NCBI RefSeq assembly: GCF_006345805.1
Contig: NC_043000.1
Span: 34,968,001-35,032,000, forward strand
DNA: 64,000 nt
From: Octopus sinensis
Taxonomy: Eukaryota
Direction of reading: 5' to 3'
Both the position numbers and the translations under genes were made by a program. Of the stretch, positions 38,070 to 51,249 are shown piece by piece. The first letter of the stretch is position 1; each line of letters opens with the position of its first letter. The notes beneath the pieces are model-generated. The model saw only the letters and a list, made by a program, of their open reading frames with translations. It was not told where the DNA came from and searched no databases.

Positions 38070-38500
38070 GGAGGATCATTAGCGTGCCAGGCAAAATGTT
38101 TAGTGGCATTTCATTTGCCTTTAAGTTCTGAGTTCAAATCCTGCTGAGATTGAATTTGCCTTTCATCCTTTTTGGGTTAATAGCATAAGTACCAGTTGAT
38201 CACTGGGGTCGATTTATCCCTCCCCTGAAAATGCTGGCCCCATGCTAAAATTTTAAGCCATTATCATTATTATTGTTATAATAATAATAACAATAATATT
38301 AATATTATTATTATGAAGGTGGTGAGGTGACAGAATCGTTAGCACACTGGGCAAAATACTTAATAGCATTTCACCCAACTTTATGGTCTGAGTTCAAATG
38401 CTGCCGAGGTCGGTTTTGCCTTTCATCCTTTTGGGATCAATAAAATAAGTAGCGGTTGAGGACTTGGGTTGATGAAATTGACTTGCTCCTTCCTCTATAA
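38070..38500 (+). mobile_element. Two tandem SINE family B copies
   Basis: B boxes GAGTTCAAAT at about 38130 and 38390, each followed by TTGCCTTTCATCCTTTT. The copies are separated by (ATT/AAT)n. Confidence 0.75.
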
Positions 38501-38596
38501 TTTCAGAAAGGGATTTTTATTTTTGATTTCTCAGTGAAAATCTCTTCTTAGACATGTGTTAAAAACCCAATGTGTATATGTATATATATATATATA

Positions 38597-38815
38597 GGGA
38601 GAGTTTACGAAAAAAAAAAACAAAAGACAAAGGCAGGTGGTGTACAAAACAAACAGATGTATTAGTATAACACTCAGGAATAGAAAAAGTCTTTGATGTT
38701 TTGAGCCTATGTTCTTCTACAGAAAGGAGCACAGAAAGAAAGTAGGAGAGAAACAAAGAGAGAAAAAAAAGGAGAGAAAAATGTGTGTTGTGGCTAATGA
38801 TCTATCATGGCGATA
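38597..38815 (-). mobile_element. Penelope-like 3' end abutting (TA)n; hammerhead-like motif with U6 at 38691-38726
   Basis: Homologous to 47720-48000. Minus strand reads CTTT-CTGTAGA-A-GAAC ATAG GCTC-AAA-ACAT-C-AAAG. Confidence 0.6.
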
Positions 38816-39078
38816 TTAAGATAACAAAATAGAGAGATAATTAATAAATTATTATTTATTAAATTGACAAACATCTCTTATAGCTGTTTCCATTCAAGAC
38901 CTTCAAAAAAATTCATTAATAAAATTAAAAAATTAGAATTATCTGAAAGTTGTATCTTGTCAGAGGTAGTTTAAGATATACAAGATAGGGTATTCAATTC
39001 CTGCATGTTGAGTAAACGGCTGCAAACTGTTATATATATATACATACATACACACACATATATATATATGTATGTATG

Positions 39079-39122
<44 letters not shown>

Positions 39123-40059
39123 TTTTTCTTGTCTTTGTTGCCTTACACATTCGCTAGGTTTCTTACAAAGGGGTCTTATACTCTTAGCTTAGACTTTTTT
39201 GGAAGCAACCAGATTGAACCATCTCAAGTGTAATTGCCCAAAATGGTTGTGACTTCTGGAACTTGACTGAGGAAAGAAAACCATGAATGACCCGTCTTTT
39301 TTTTCGCCTGTCCTTCTAATTGTTGTTTCTCTTGTCCACCTTTGTATCTTCTATCTGTCCGAATGTTTTAATGTCCTCTATTGTGTTTTTGTTCCATTTT
39401 TTATATTTATTTATATATATATATATATCAGATCAAGGCGAATATTGTCTGAGGTGCGACTCACATGAGCAACAGATACATTTTGCTCTGTTTGGGGCTT
39501 GTCAGTGCCAGATGCCCATTTGTCACTTGCTGAAATGAAATTGATTCTTTGGTGTGTAAGACACAATGAATCGTACAGTCTGTAGTTTGCCAAATTGTAA
39601 GAAACTTGGTGACATCAGGTTCTGGTTCTGTGCTGGTAAATGTTGATGGATAATCTTTGAAGCAGTAATTTTAGTCAGATGTTCTTCCTGTTGTTAATCC
39701 TTTCATATGTATAAATAAGGGAGTTTTTATACATCTACTTTGAGTTCAGAGCTAGAAGTTGTAATATTCATCAAGAATGTGGACACAATGACTAATCTAT
39801 TATGTTTTGCTCTCACAGTCTCTAATAAAAGTTACTTGTTTTATACACACGCACTCACTCACTCTCTCACACTTAGACATATGCATGGTGAGCTTCTTTG
39901 CAGTTTCCATCTTCCAGATTCTCTCAGAAAGCATAGTCAGCTTGGGTCAAAAGTTGAAGAGACACTTGTGCAAGGTGGCACACACTAGGACTAAATGTAA
40001 CCAATGGGGTTGTAAAGCAAACAACAATCTGTGTGTGTGTGTGTGAGACCTCATCATAA

Positions 40060-40240
40060 TTTAACTTCAGCTTTCTATGCTGGCATGGATTGGACAGTTT
40101 GACAGGGAACCCGTGAGCTGCAGGGCTGTGTCATGCTCCAGGGTCATCTTTGACATGTTTTCTATGGCTTGATGCCTCCCTAATTGCAACCACTTTGCAG
40201 AGTGTGCTGGGTGCTTTTTTCCCTTCCACTGGCACTAGTA
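40060..40240 (-). mobile_element. Old RTE-type tail fragment
   Basis: CTATGCTGGCATGGATTGGACAGTTTGACAGG...GATGCCTCCCTAATTGCAACCACTTTGC. Confidence 0.6.
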
Positions 40241-41599
40241 ACTTGCTAGACTGGAAAGAACAGAGGAGAAGGAAAGGGAGGAAAAGTTTCCACTAATAAG
40301 AAGTATTTGGGAGGGAAGGCGGATGTGGGTGGATGTGTGCCAAGCGTTGAAAGGTGTAAGGTAGTGGTGGGACAGGTTAGGTGTCTTCCTATGGAGGAAA
40401 TATATGGCTGAAGGAGCTGAGGAAGTTAGTGGTAGGGTGCTAGAGCAAATTCTCAGGAAACCAGAAGATTAGCATAAGAGAGGACAAAGACTAGGAACCA
40501 TTGAAGGGGATGAGAGAATGTGAAGGGGGTAGTAAACAAGTATAGGTTAATGTGAAGAGTGATAAACGAGGCTGGAGGGGGAGTGCAGATGATGGGAAAT
40601 ACCAGTATGCAGAGGGGTGAATTGCGAAAGGAGTGGTTCAAAGTATTGTATAATGCTGTTTATTTTGATTAATATACCCTCTCTATTGACAGATATACAG
40701 TGCCTATTTTTTCTGACTTATGGATTCTATGATGACTGCGTTGTGTGTGTATAATTTGGTAATGCTTCAACAAGCAGAAAAGCATTTAATTAGCTAAGAG
40801 AGTAAAGATAATCTTTTAAAAAAATGTAGTTACAAGATTTGTGAGTTTTTTTAAAGATTACACATACACGTGTGTGTGTGTGTGTGTGTGTGTGTATGGA
40901 TGGTAGAAATAAAAGTGAAGTGATATGGAAATGTTTTACAGAAAAGAACAATTGGCTATGGAAAGCCTCTCATCAGCTTTTGCATCTGGGATCAGTATAG
41001 TTTCATTGCATTTATCCTATTGTACAGCTGTAGATAGTAAATGTCACTGATGTAGCAAATACTACAAAAAAAACAAAAAAACTCTGAAGACATAATACGT
41101 GGAAAATAGCGTACTTGTGACATAAAACATTTACAGGCAAACAAATAGATCAGAATTAGAGTTCAGTGTGGAAGAATATTGTTGCAGATGAGAAAAGAGA
41201 CTTTCATTGGAATGTGTGACCTGAAGACTTGAGAGACTTGTGAAAGAAGTGGAGAAGACATTCATATGTAGAGCATCATCGAACCATCGTATTTATCTGC
41301 AAATGACTATAAATACTCATGTAAAAGCTTTGTATGGTATTTAATGAAATCTCTTGAGTAAATGGAGTTCACTTGCACATATATTATGTACCAGTTTCCT
41401 AATGTTTAGTCAACATTACTGCTGCATGGACAGGTATACGCAATGACACATATCTACACTTTCTATATTGGTGTCTGTATGTTTTATACATATATATCAT
41501 GTTATCAGGGGGAGAAAAACATTGTGAAACACCCACCATAACCCTCTGCTTTTTAAACTGAGGAGGAGGTGGATGTTCTTTTTTTTTTCTCTCAATGCA

Positions 41600-41955
41600 A
41601 ACCCTTCCTTAGCTAGTTTCCCCATAAGCAATACAATTCACCCAAGACTAGGCCCCTGTGCAATGTGTCCCTTACAAAGGTTGAGATCACATCACGTAAA
41701 AGCATTGCGCCACAATTTCTTCCCTGCAAATGGTCCTGCACTTTTGAATGTTATCCTGAAAGAAATTAAAGTAGAAAAAGACCCCACAACTTTCAAACGG
41801 TACCTGGAGAAATTCCTCCAAGAAATACTGGATAAACCACCTACACCTGGATACGTCTCAACCAACAACTCTCTGCCTGAGTGGTCCATGGCACCCAAAA
41901 TAATTAACCATAAGACTTTTCCAGGTGGTTCTATTGTCAAGGCCGAAACCAATCT
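41600..41955 (+). pseudogene. CR1-like LINE ORF2 C-terminus and 3' end
   Basis: HNFFPANGPALLNVILKEIKVEKDPTTFKRYLEKFLQEILDKPPTPGYVSTNNSLPEW matches the CR1/L2-group C-terminal pattern (GP.L.N.LP..IK....F K..LD.FL..IPD.P..PGY...NSL..W). Ends ...GGCCGAAACC before (CA)n. Confidence 0.75.
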
Positions 41956-41958
41956 AAT

Positions 41959-42023
<65 letters not shown>

Positions 42024-42190
42024 ATATACACACACACATACATACTCCTAATTGAACAGTGTGTATGCATCTGAGTCAGACACAAACACAAGTGTCAAAA
42101 TCTTTACTTGTGTGTCTATGTGTGTGTGTGTACGTGTGTGTGTGTGTGTATAAGACTAATCAACCCATTACATGTTATAACTTGCGTGTG

Positions 42191-42226
<36 letters not shown>

Positions 42227-43427
42227 TGTGGATGGTAGTGATGAAACTTTTCATTTGTTTGAGACAATGTCACACAGTAATATATATATATATATGAGAG
42301 AAAGAGAGAGAGGAAGTTGTATTTGTGTTGTTTATGGGGAGGCTAGCTAAGGAAGGGTTTGTGTTGGGAGAAAAAACAACACCCCCCTCCTCCTCAGTTT
42401 AAAAGGCAGAGGGTTATGGTGGGTGGTTGACAGAATGTTTTTCTGCCCCTGATAAAACTCCATTCTGTAAGTTTTTGTGGCTGGCAGGAGTCTAAATATT
42501 GCCTTTATTTTAGCAGTGGCAGTAACCATGGGAGCCAAGCCTTTATTAATGTCTGTTGTTTATAGAGCTGGTCTATGGCAGTTGACAAGAGTTCATTAAC
42601 TGGCCTGTATTGTTGAGCTTTTCCTCTTTCTGGCAAACAGTTCTCTTGGTAACCTCCTCTTCTCCTCCTCCCATCATACAAAAGTAAACAACTCCAAAGA
42701 AAGAGAGGAAGAAGAAAGAAAGGAAAAAAAAAACCCACACAAAACAAAAGAAACCATAAAATAACAACAACAACAAAATGTTTAGGCAGGCTTTAGGATT
42801 GGAAACATAATGCTTCAAACATCCTTTGCTCTAGTAACAGTGTAGGAGGAGGTGGTGGTGGTGCAGATATGTGTGTGTATATGAAATTATTATTATTATT
42901 ATTGGTTGTATACAATACTTACACAGCTCCATCCATTACCAAGGCAACCAGAGTTGGCTAAATAAATAAAAAGCTGTATGGAGTAAGGAAGGGTGAGTGT
43001 GGTGGTGGTGGTGGTGGTGGTGGTGGTGGTGGTGCTGTGACTAGCATGTATGTAAGTTGTTTGTTTGTGTGGGAACATGGTGGATATGAAGAAGGGGTTG
43101 GAGAGAAAGCTAGTGTGGTTGTTGTTGTGGTGGTGGCGGTGATGGCGGCGGTGATAATGGAGACCAGTAGGTATAAGGATTTTTAGATGGTTAGAAGTGA
43201 ATGGCAGGAATGAAAAGGGTGTTTCTGCTTTTATTTAATTCTTGGTCAAGTTCTCTGGTTGTGTATTGTTGGGTAGGTCAGTTCAAGTAAAAGGATTTGT
43301 TTAGGGGAGTGTTGTTGTTAGCCACATCAGCTGTGTGTGGTTGTAAGTAAGTCAGCAGACCTCTTTTTCTCTCTCTTTCACCCTCTTTCAGTGCAAGTGT
43401 GTGTATGATTGTATGTGTGTGTACATT

Positions 43428-43462
<35 letters not shown>

Positions 43463-44234
43463 ATATACATAGACACAATCAAATATGTGTGTGTATGTAT
43501 TGTTTGTTTACTCTTGTTCTATATTTTATGCATATGTGTAAGTTCAGAGGTGAATTGAGTTCCTTATATTCCAGACAACCTCTGCCACAGATCTTTCTTG
43601 TTTATTCATTATCCCCTGGAAAGATCAAATTTCCTTTGCCAATTTTCTCATCTGAGGACTTACAATGCACACACACACACACACACACGCATATATATAC
43701 TCCCAAAAACGTAAATATATGTATGTATATAAATATGTATGTTTATGTGTGTTTTTACACAGACACACATACAAACATGCATACACATCAATGTGTGTGT
43801 GTTTATATATATGTGATTTCACACACACAGTTTGTATATATATATTTATGGAGAGATAGTTATGAACATATATGCTCTCTCTCGTTATTATCTATCTACC
43901 CACATATGTATGTTTGTGTGTGTGTGTACAATAAAACCGAGTCCAAAGAGGCTGGTGTTGGTCTGCTTAGTCAAAATTGTAATTATTTTTAGTAAACTCA
44001 ACATAAAAGAATACACTGAAGCTGTTGTGTGGTGTAGAGAATCTCCGCTGTTCAGATAAGGGAAGATTTGACCAAAGAGAGAATTAAAGCCACACAGCAG
44101 AGTTTTGCATCTTCTAAGTTGAAGCCAGTTTTTCTTACTTGGAAGATGTGAACCTCTGCTTTGTCTCTTTAATTTCACACCTTCCCTAAAGGGCTCTGTC
44201 CAAAATGTTGCATTTTCCACTCATCACTGCTAAA

Positions 44235-45365
44235 CTAATTAATAACATACTCTCAATTGTTTTTATGACTTCCTCCCATTGTTAAGTTTTTCGATGCCTT
44301 GGTGGTAGAAATCCCTGGTCTTGACTCAAATGGTTCGTCCAACCAAGCCCTCAGTTTCATATCATTATTGAATAAATACACCATGCAGAGCATTTGAAAG
44401 AGATGAAAATCTGATGGTGCCAAGTCTGGAGAGTATGGAGGATGAGGCAGCACTTTCCATTTGAGTTCTTGAATCAAGACTTTGGTCATATTGGCAATGT
44501 GAGGACGAGTGTTGTCGTGTTGCAGAAGAATACCGTTTTGCCTATTCGGTCATTTTGTGGAATTGCTTCGTTGAGTTGGTGCAATTATTGAATGTAGAGC
44601 TCCACATTGAGTGTTTGGTTGTGCTGAAGCAGTTCATAATGAATTATGCCTTCCCAGTCCCACCATACATACACACACAGCATGGTCTTTTGAGAATGAA
44701 GGTCTCGTTTTGCTCGTGGAGTTGCTTGTTTGTCTCAGGGCTGAGGCATTGCTGCTTCATATTGACATAAAGGCACCATTTTTCATTGCCAGTGACAACG
44801 AGGTAAAGAAAACGATGTTTGTGATCATGTGTTGAGCGATATTGAGTGAGCAAAATGGTAGTGATTGTGGAGCATTGATTTTTGTTGATTTTTGCTGAAA
44901 GTGTGTGGCACCCAGCTGCCAAGTTTCTGAACCTTGCCCACTGAATGAAGGGGGAAGAAATTGATTCAAGAGCTCTTCATTGAACTCAATTGGTCAGTTG
45001 GTGTGTGATATCATCCTGGAGGTCAAAATTCTCATTTTTGAAGCACAAAACCCAACAGTAAGTGGTACTTTGAGGTGTTGCTCCTTCTCCATACATGGCA
45101 CACATCTCAAGAGTGGCTTTGGCAGCCTTAACATTTCGATTAAATGCAAAAAGCAAATGGTGTTGAAAATGCTCAGTTTTGTCCACTTGACATTCCATTT
45201 TAATGATCTGAAAATACACAAAAACCAATAAAATTTTAAAAATCAACTTGTACAGCAAAAAAAATTCTCTTTTAAATAACATAAAACATTTTGCCAATGC
45301 GATTTATTTCTGCATGAATTTTTAAATTTGAAAGAAATGCTCATGAATTATTCCTCAACCCAATA
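44235..45365 (-). mobile_element. Decayed mariner transposon (Mos1/SETMAR-like)
   Basis: ATG at 45198: MECQVDKTEHFQHHLLFAFNR...YGEGA, FLYLVVTGNEKWCLYVN, LPHPPYSPDLAPSDFHLF. One TIR TATTGGGTTGAGGAATAATTCATG lies at 45365-45342; the other TIR is not evident. Confidence 0.9.
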
Positions 45366-45574
45366 CAAAGCTTGGATCCAATTGTAGGAAGTCAGTAAGC
45401 TTCAAGCACTTAAGCAGCTGGTATAGATGAGAAAACATGGACAATATATGATAGGCTCTATTTATTAACATCTTAAATGACACATTTCTTCCTATATTGA
45501 AGTTAAAAGGAATTTTGATAAGTTGATTGTCTCCTTACATCTTACAGTTTAGCAACTAACACTGCTAAGAATGT

Positions 45575-45880
45575 GAAGGGCAAGTCTTCCACTATAGCCC
45601 TGGGCCAGCCAAAGCCTCGTGAATGGATTTGGTAGAGGGAAACTGAAAGAAGCCCATTGTGTGTATGTTACTGTCTCCTTGCCTTGATGTTGTGTGATAG
45701 TTGTAAACAAATGTCACTATCAAGCAAGTTGTGACCTTCATTTCCAATCTTCCGTGGCACCATCATGTCTGGTCATGGGGAACATGACCTTATTTGGAAA
45801 CTGGTGATAGCTGGCATCAGGAAGGGCATCTGCCTCATCAAATTCCATGTGACCCATGCAGCCATGGAAAAGTGATGCTA
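45575..45880 (+). mobile_element. CORE-SINE family C (5'-truncated) with RTE-type tail
   Basis: GGGCAAGTCTTCCACTATAGCCC...GGAAACTGAAAGAAGCCC...GGAAGGGCATC...CCATGCAGCCATGGAAAAG. Confidence 0.7.
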
Positions 45881-46319
45881 AAGTCTGAGTGTAATCAGAT
45901 CTGATGAGACCTATTGCTGCAGAGATAGTCTCAGGAGAAAATTCTTCCCTTAGACTTGTCTAAATACACACATTTTATTTTGCTGTGAGTGAAATCATTA
46001 GATCATAGGATGCCTGTGTTTCTCTGTCATTCCTCTTCATCAGTTATAGAAACTATCACAGTCACTCACAGACCAACCCAGTAAGTATAAAGTTATACTT
46101 ACAGAAGCAAAAAATGCAATTGCTGATATGTGAATTGCTTGGTCATATGATAAATGTATTGTTTACAGTTCCATTGTGGGTAGGATCAGCAAGAAAAAAA
46201 AAGTACTTCATCCAGTGAGTGATAAATATTTAATATACAAAATCACAAAAGAGCTACTTACTAATAGTTTTATGCTTTATAGATACAATAAATTGGCAGA
46301 GTTATCTAACATGGTATGT

Positions 46320-46695
46320 GGCTGATGCCAGTGCCAAATCATAGTCATGGTCAATGCCAGTGCTGTCTGACAGGCACCCATGCTGGTGGCACATAAAAAA
46401 ACCATTTGAGCATTGGGTCTCATGGAGGCAGTGACAGGTGACCAAGACCTTTGGAGATATACCGTGCTTGTGTAGACCTGTCAAGCCGAGACTGAAGTCA
46501 TGGCTAATTCCACCTGTGCCAGTGATACGTGAAAAGCACCCACTACACTCTTGGAGTGGTTGGTGTTAGGAAGGGCATCCAGCTGTAGAAACACTGCCAG
46601 ATCAGATTGGAACCTGGTGCAGCTCCCCTGACTTACCAATTTTCAGTCAAACTGTCCAACCCATGCCAGCATGGAAAGTGGATGTTAAATGATGT
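46320..46695 (+). mobile_element. RTE LINE 3' end
   Basis: GACCAAGACCTTTGGAGATATACCGTG (DQDLWRY) followed by the UTR/tail family sequence. Confidence 0.75.
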
Positions 46696-47719
46696 ATCTC
46701 TAAGCAATCTTCCAGACTCAGTTCATTAGATCCAAGAATTTCACTGAATTACTTAATTCCAGATCCAAAATTTTTAGTAGATGCAAGCACATGGACTAGT
46801 TTCTCTTGTTGAACTGGAGGTCTTCACCCACTCTGGATTGAATAGCTATTGCAGTCATTGACTTTCTTTTCTCTTATATTATTCTGCACTGGATACATTA
46901 ATTATGGTCTCTATGGCCAAAGTGGATGAACATCTTGGTTTTCTCACTTTTCTTTTCTTTTTATTCCACTTTTTGCATCAATCTTCTTTGTGTTTTTTCT
47001 TCTCTTTTTTTTTAATGCTTTTTCATAGACCAGCAACCTGGTTTTTTAACATCTAATGTTATGAACTGACTCTGAAAGATTGCTTGGCTGTACATGGCAT
47101 GTTATATAAATCTGCCAATTTAAAAGTATGAAACTATCAGTAGCTCTTTTGTAAATTGTATATATTAAATAGTATGCATGCAGACAGGCAGTTTGGTATC
47201 TGTTCCCTTTTGAATGGATGCTGTTGACTGGTGATCTCTGATATAGCCATAGGTTGGTCAATACCTTATAAGGGACTTTTGCACGTATGCATATGCATGT
47301 GTGCTGATTGCAAACGGTTACCATTCATACAAATTGTGTCATTCGATATGTGCGTGTATATATGTGTGTGTATATGCATGTGTATGTATGTGTGTATGTA
47401 TATATTGTGTTTATATGTATATATTGTATGTATACCCACTCCCACACACTCCACCTCTTCCCCCACCCTCAGCCTACCCACATACCCCACATCTACCCCC
47501 ACCCTCAGCCTAACCTACACTCCACCCTTGCTTTCCCATTCTCACGTCCAACACCACCACACCACACACCACTACACCATACACCACCATACCACACCAC
47601 ATCACATCACATAGCACACACTAGCACTGACCACTTCCCAGCCCCACATCCACACACATACACATATGCACACGTTAAGGTCACCAGCCCTCTTCCACAC
47701 ACTCACATACATACTCTCT

Positions 47720-48000
47720 TACATGCACGCGCACCTTCGTTTTGGGATCACCACTACTTTATTATCTCCCCTTCTTCCTATCTCTCCTGTGTGACCCCTC
47801 TGTCCATCATTCACCATGATAGATCGTTAGCCACTACACATTTTTTATTTTCTCTCCTTGTTTCTTTCTGTGTTCCTTTCTGTGGAAGAGTGTAGGCTCG
47901 AAACAGTAAAGACTTTTTCACTTCCTGAGCGTTAAACTAATACATCTGTTTGTTGTCTACAACACCTGTCTTTGTCTTTTGTTTTTTTGTGAATTCCCCC
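47720..48000 (+). mobile_element. Penelope-like 3' end abutting (TA)n; hammerhead-like motif with U6 at 47876-47911
   Basis: CTTT-CTGTGGA-A-GAGT GTAG GCTC-GAAAC-AGT-AAAG, then TACATCTGTTTGTTG...GAATTCCCCC-(TA)n. A second copy lies at 38597-38815. Confidence 0.6.
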
Positions 48001-48559
48001 ATGTATATATATGTATATATATATATATATGTGTCTATATATATATATGTATTTACACACACGCATACACATAAACACACACACAGTGTTAAGCTAATTC
48101 ATAACTTCTTTATTAATTGTTAATCTATGCTATTTATTAGCTGCTAATCTATCTTCTGTGAGGAGCAGCCAAACTGGGAAACGTTCCATCTAGATATTCC
48201 TTCCCTCTTTTCGCCTACATCAGTGATAATGACAGGATTTCCCTTGGAGAAGCTTTATAATTTATTTCAGTTTTATTTCTTTTATGTTGTGCATAACTGA
48301 ATATTATGTGTCTGTCTGTGTGATACAGGCAAATATATACAAGCCTAAAATTTAAAATACTTATGTACAGGTTTCAGTTTTCATTCTGTGAACCTACCTT
48401 GACATATGACACTCACTCACACTAATCACTGCTATTTCTCTCCTCCTTCCCCTCTACCAGTTTCCCTCCACGATGTTCCCTCCTTTACCATCCCCTTTAA
48501 ATGTGTCCCATCCATCATAGGGGTTGTCTTTCCCTTTTCAAGCTGCTAGTTAACCCCTG

Positions 48560-48765
48560 GCGGTGGTGGTATTACAAAAGGCACCCAAGTAGTAGTACAC
48601 TCTGTAAAGTGGTTGGTGTTAGAAAGAGCATCAGGCAATAGAAACAATGCGGGAAAATGAGTTGGTGAAGCAGGACCTGCTCCTCTGCCCCATCAGATCC
48701 TGTTGAACCATTTTACATCCGTTCCACATGCCAGCTTGGGGAATTGATGTCGAGATGATGATGAT
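48560..48765 (+). mobile_element. Old RTE-type tail fragment
   Basis: CTCTGTAAAGTGGTTGGTGTTAGAAAGAGCATC...CATGCCAGC...(GAT)n. Confidence 0.55.
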
Positions 48766-49246
48766 GATTCTTACACACACATGCACACACACTCTCTCTC
48801 TCTCTCTCTCTCACACACATACGTACATATACACATATGTATGTATGTGTGTGAGTGTGTGGGTATGGATACACACACACATTTACTTGAGAAATGAGCG
48901 TACTCTACATGATATCTATTGGTTGCTTTTTCCTAATTAGTAAGCTCTATCTTCATATGCCTTTATAAAAATATTTATATAAGGAAGCACACACACATTC
49001 TTATATAAATATCTAGTCAGTATTGCTATGTATTTGTTTGTAATTAATGGCTGTATGTTAGATAAAGCAGACAGTCCTTTACTTGTATCAACAGAATTGT
49101 TCTAATGTACTAAGAACTTGTTGGCTCTATCTGCATGGAGGTACACATTTCTGTATATTTTATTCACCTTTGTATACACACAGGAATCCCATGGATGTTG
49201 AACATTTTCTTATCATCTATTTTCAAATGGTTCAAGAGTATGTGCA

Positions 49247-49640
49247 CAGGTAGCAGTGTGTGGTTAAGAGGTTTGCTTCTCAACCATGCAGTTTTGAGTT
49301 CAGTCCCGCTGTGTGGTATTTTGGGGTGTCTTCTACTATAGCCCTGGGCCTTGTGAGTGGTGGGTTTCATTAACGTGGACATTCATTAATGTGTGTGTAT
49401 ATATGTGTTCGTGTGTGCATCAGTGTGAGTCTTTGCTGTAAATAAGCCTTACAGTCATACAATGTTGTTTATTTCCAGTCTTATGTGAAAATATGTGTGG
49501 CCAAGGAGAAATATTACTTTGCTCAGAAGCAAGTAATGGTTGGTGACAGGAAGAGCATTCAGCTGTAGAAAATCTGCCTCAGTGAAATTGTGTCTGAACC
49601 ATGCAAACCTAGAAAAGTGGATATAAAACTGATGACAATG
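49247..49640 (+). mobile_element. CORE-SINE family C with RTE-type tail
   Basis: GTGTGGTTAAGAGG head, GAGTTCAGTCCC B box, GTCTTCTACTATAGCCC, and tail GGAAGAGCATTCAGCTGTAGAAAATCTGCC...CCATGCAAACC. Confidence 0.75.
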
Positions 49641-49694
49641 ATTTTATATATGTGTGTGTGTGTGTGTTTTTGATGTTGTTGATCTTTGTTACAG

Positions 49695-49764
49695 ATGGTC
49701 TGATGAGAGTATGTACATTCTGGAGAATTCCTCTTCAGACTGGGTCAATGTTGATTATGGATAA
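49695..49764 (+). CDS. Possible terminal coding exon (xWSDESMYILENSSSDWVNVDYG*), unassigned
   Basis: Pyrimidine-rich TCTTTGTTACAG acceptor followed by 22 sense codons and TAA. No homology recognised; it may be chance. Confidence 0.15.
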
Positions 49765-50460
49765 CCAGTAGTTGGCTTTATTTAATAATAGTCCTGCATT
49801 TACGCAATATTGGTTACATGTGTATGTACTTCATCAATATATATTGGTGCTGTAAATGATTTAAACATTATTGGGGGGAAAAAAGAAGATGACAATAAAA
49901 AATTGATACTTGAAGAGAAAATTCTCTTGAGGTACATTCTGTGACAGACACTCCATTGTTGCTTGTCACCTTCAGGAATATAGTGAACCAACGATTGGTC
50001 TTCTGGAATCGTGTAACTAATTGATGAAACTTTGTAGATGAGCTGTGACAGGAAATACATAACTGTACAAATACATGTGCTTAGAGTACCAGATGTTAGA
50101 GGGAGGGAGGGGGGGCAGAGAGAGAGAGAAGGTTCTAGTTTGCTTTTTCTCAAATCTTATACTTTTTGTAGTTATCTTGAAAATACTTAAAGGCTTGTCT
50201 AAAAAACACAGAAAAGAAAATAATTTTGTAATACTTTCACTATTTTTAGTGTGAAAATCTATTTTATATTCTACAGAAAAATTATTTTTGTTTTCTTCAA
50301 TAAATGACTTCTAGCATATCTTAAACATTTTTAGATTGACTCAACTTCTGTTTTTATTTTTTTACTAATGTCCTCCTCCCTCTTTTTAGTTTCAGGACTT
50401 TAGACATGTATTATTTCAAAAATAAGTCTGTTGTAAAGGATCTTATACTGCTTTATCCGA

Positions 50461-50703
50461 TGGGGTCCATCTGACCCTGGTGGGGGAGGGGGTTCACGTG
50501 AGATTTTGTTAAAACTTATGTGCAATAAATTAGTTTTATTTCTACAATATGCAAAATATTTTAACAATTTTTCTCATAAAATTCTTAATGATATGTAAAT
50601 TATAAAAATAGGATTTTTAAGCCTCAAATGGCTACGAGGCTCCATGTGAGCAAAACAGAAATCAAAGAGGTCCATAGGTAAAAAAAATGGTTGAGAATGA
50701 CTG
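50461..50703. mobile_element. hAT-like MITE remnant
   Basis: Right end GGTCCATAGGTAAAAAAAATGGTTGAGAATGACTG resembles the hAT terminus GGTTGAGAACCACTG. The left TIR is missing. Confidence 0.45.
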
Positions 50704-51249
50704 CACTAGTGGAGCTGCCATGGTCAATTTTAAGGGAAGTTGGAATCTGATGTTCAGTTCAATATTTGTCTGGAGAATTTAGACTGGCTGGCTTGTATTT
50801 CATATAAAATGTTTATATTTCATCACCTCAACGAAACTGAGTTCTGGAAGTGCTGTGTGTTTGATCCATGTGTAACATTAATTATATGTCATCTTCATGC
50901 ACTATGCTTAAAACACATGAAGTATGAGGTGGTTATTTGTTTACAGTTGACAACACATGCAGTCATGCACAAAATAACAGCTTCCAAATTCTGTTTTCTG
51001 ACTGGACAAAAATGATAAAAATTTTAAATCTCTGTAACTGTTTTTTAAAAAAAATTCTAGAAAAAGCAAATTATCTCCTGAGATTCAGCGTGGAAAATTA
51101 CATCAACACACCAAATTTTAAAATTTTCACTAAATTTCAAAATTTTCACAGGTGAACCCAAAGAGAAAAGATCTGTGGGTTTACTCTCAGAATGTACCTG
51201 TAGTCCATAGAACACTATAGTAGAAAGGATTACTATTATTGTTATTAAG

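Noticed and set aside
45898-45945. CTGATGAGAC...GTCTC hairpin resembling a hammerhead; likewise CTGATGAGAG at 49700
   Set aside because: No GAAA immediately after stem II, and no stem I or III.
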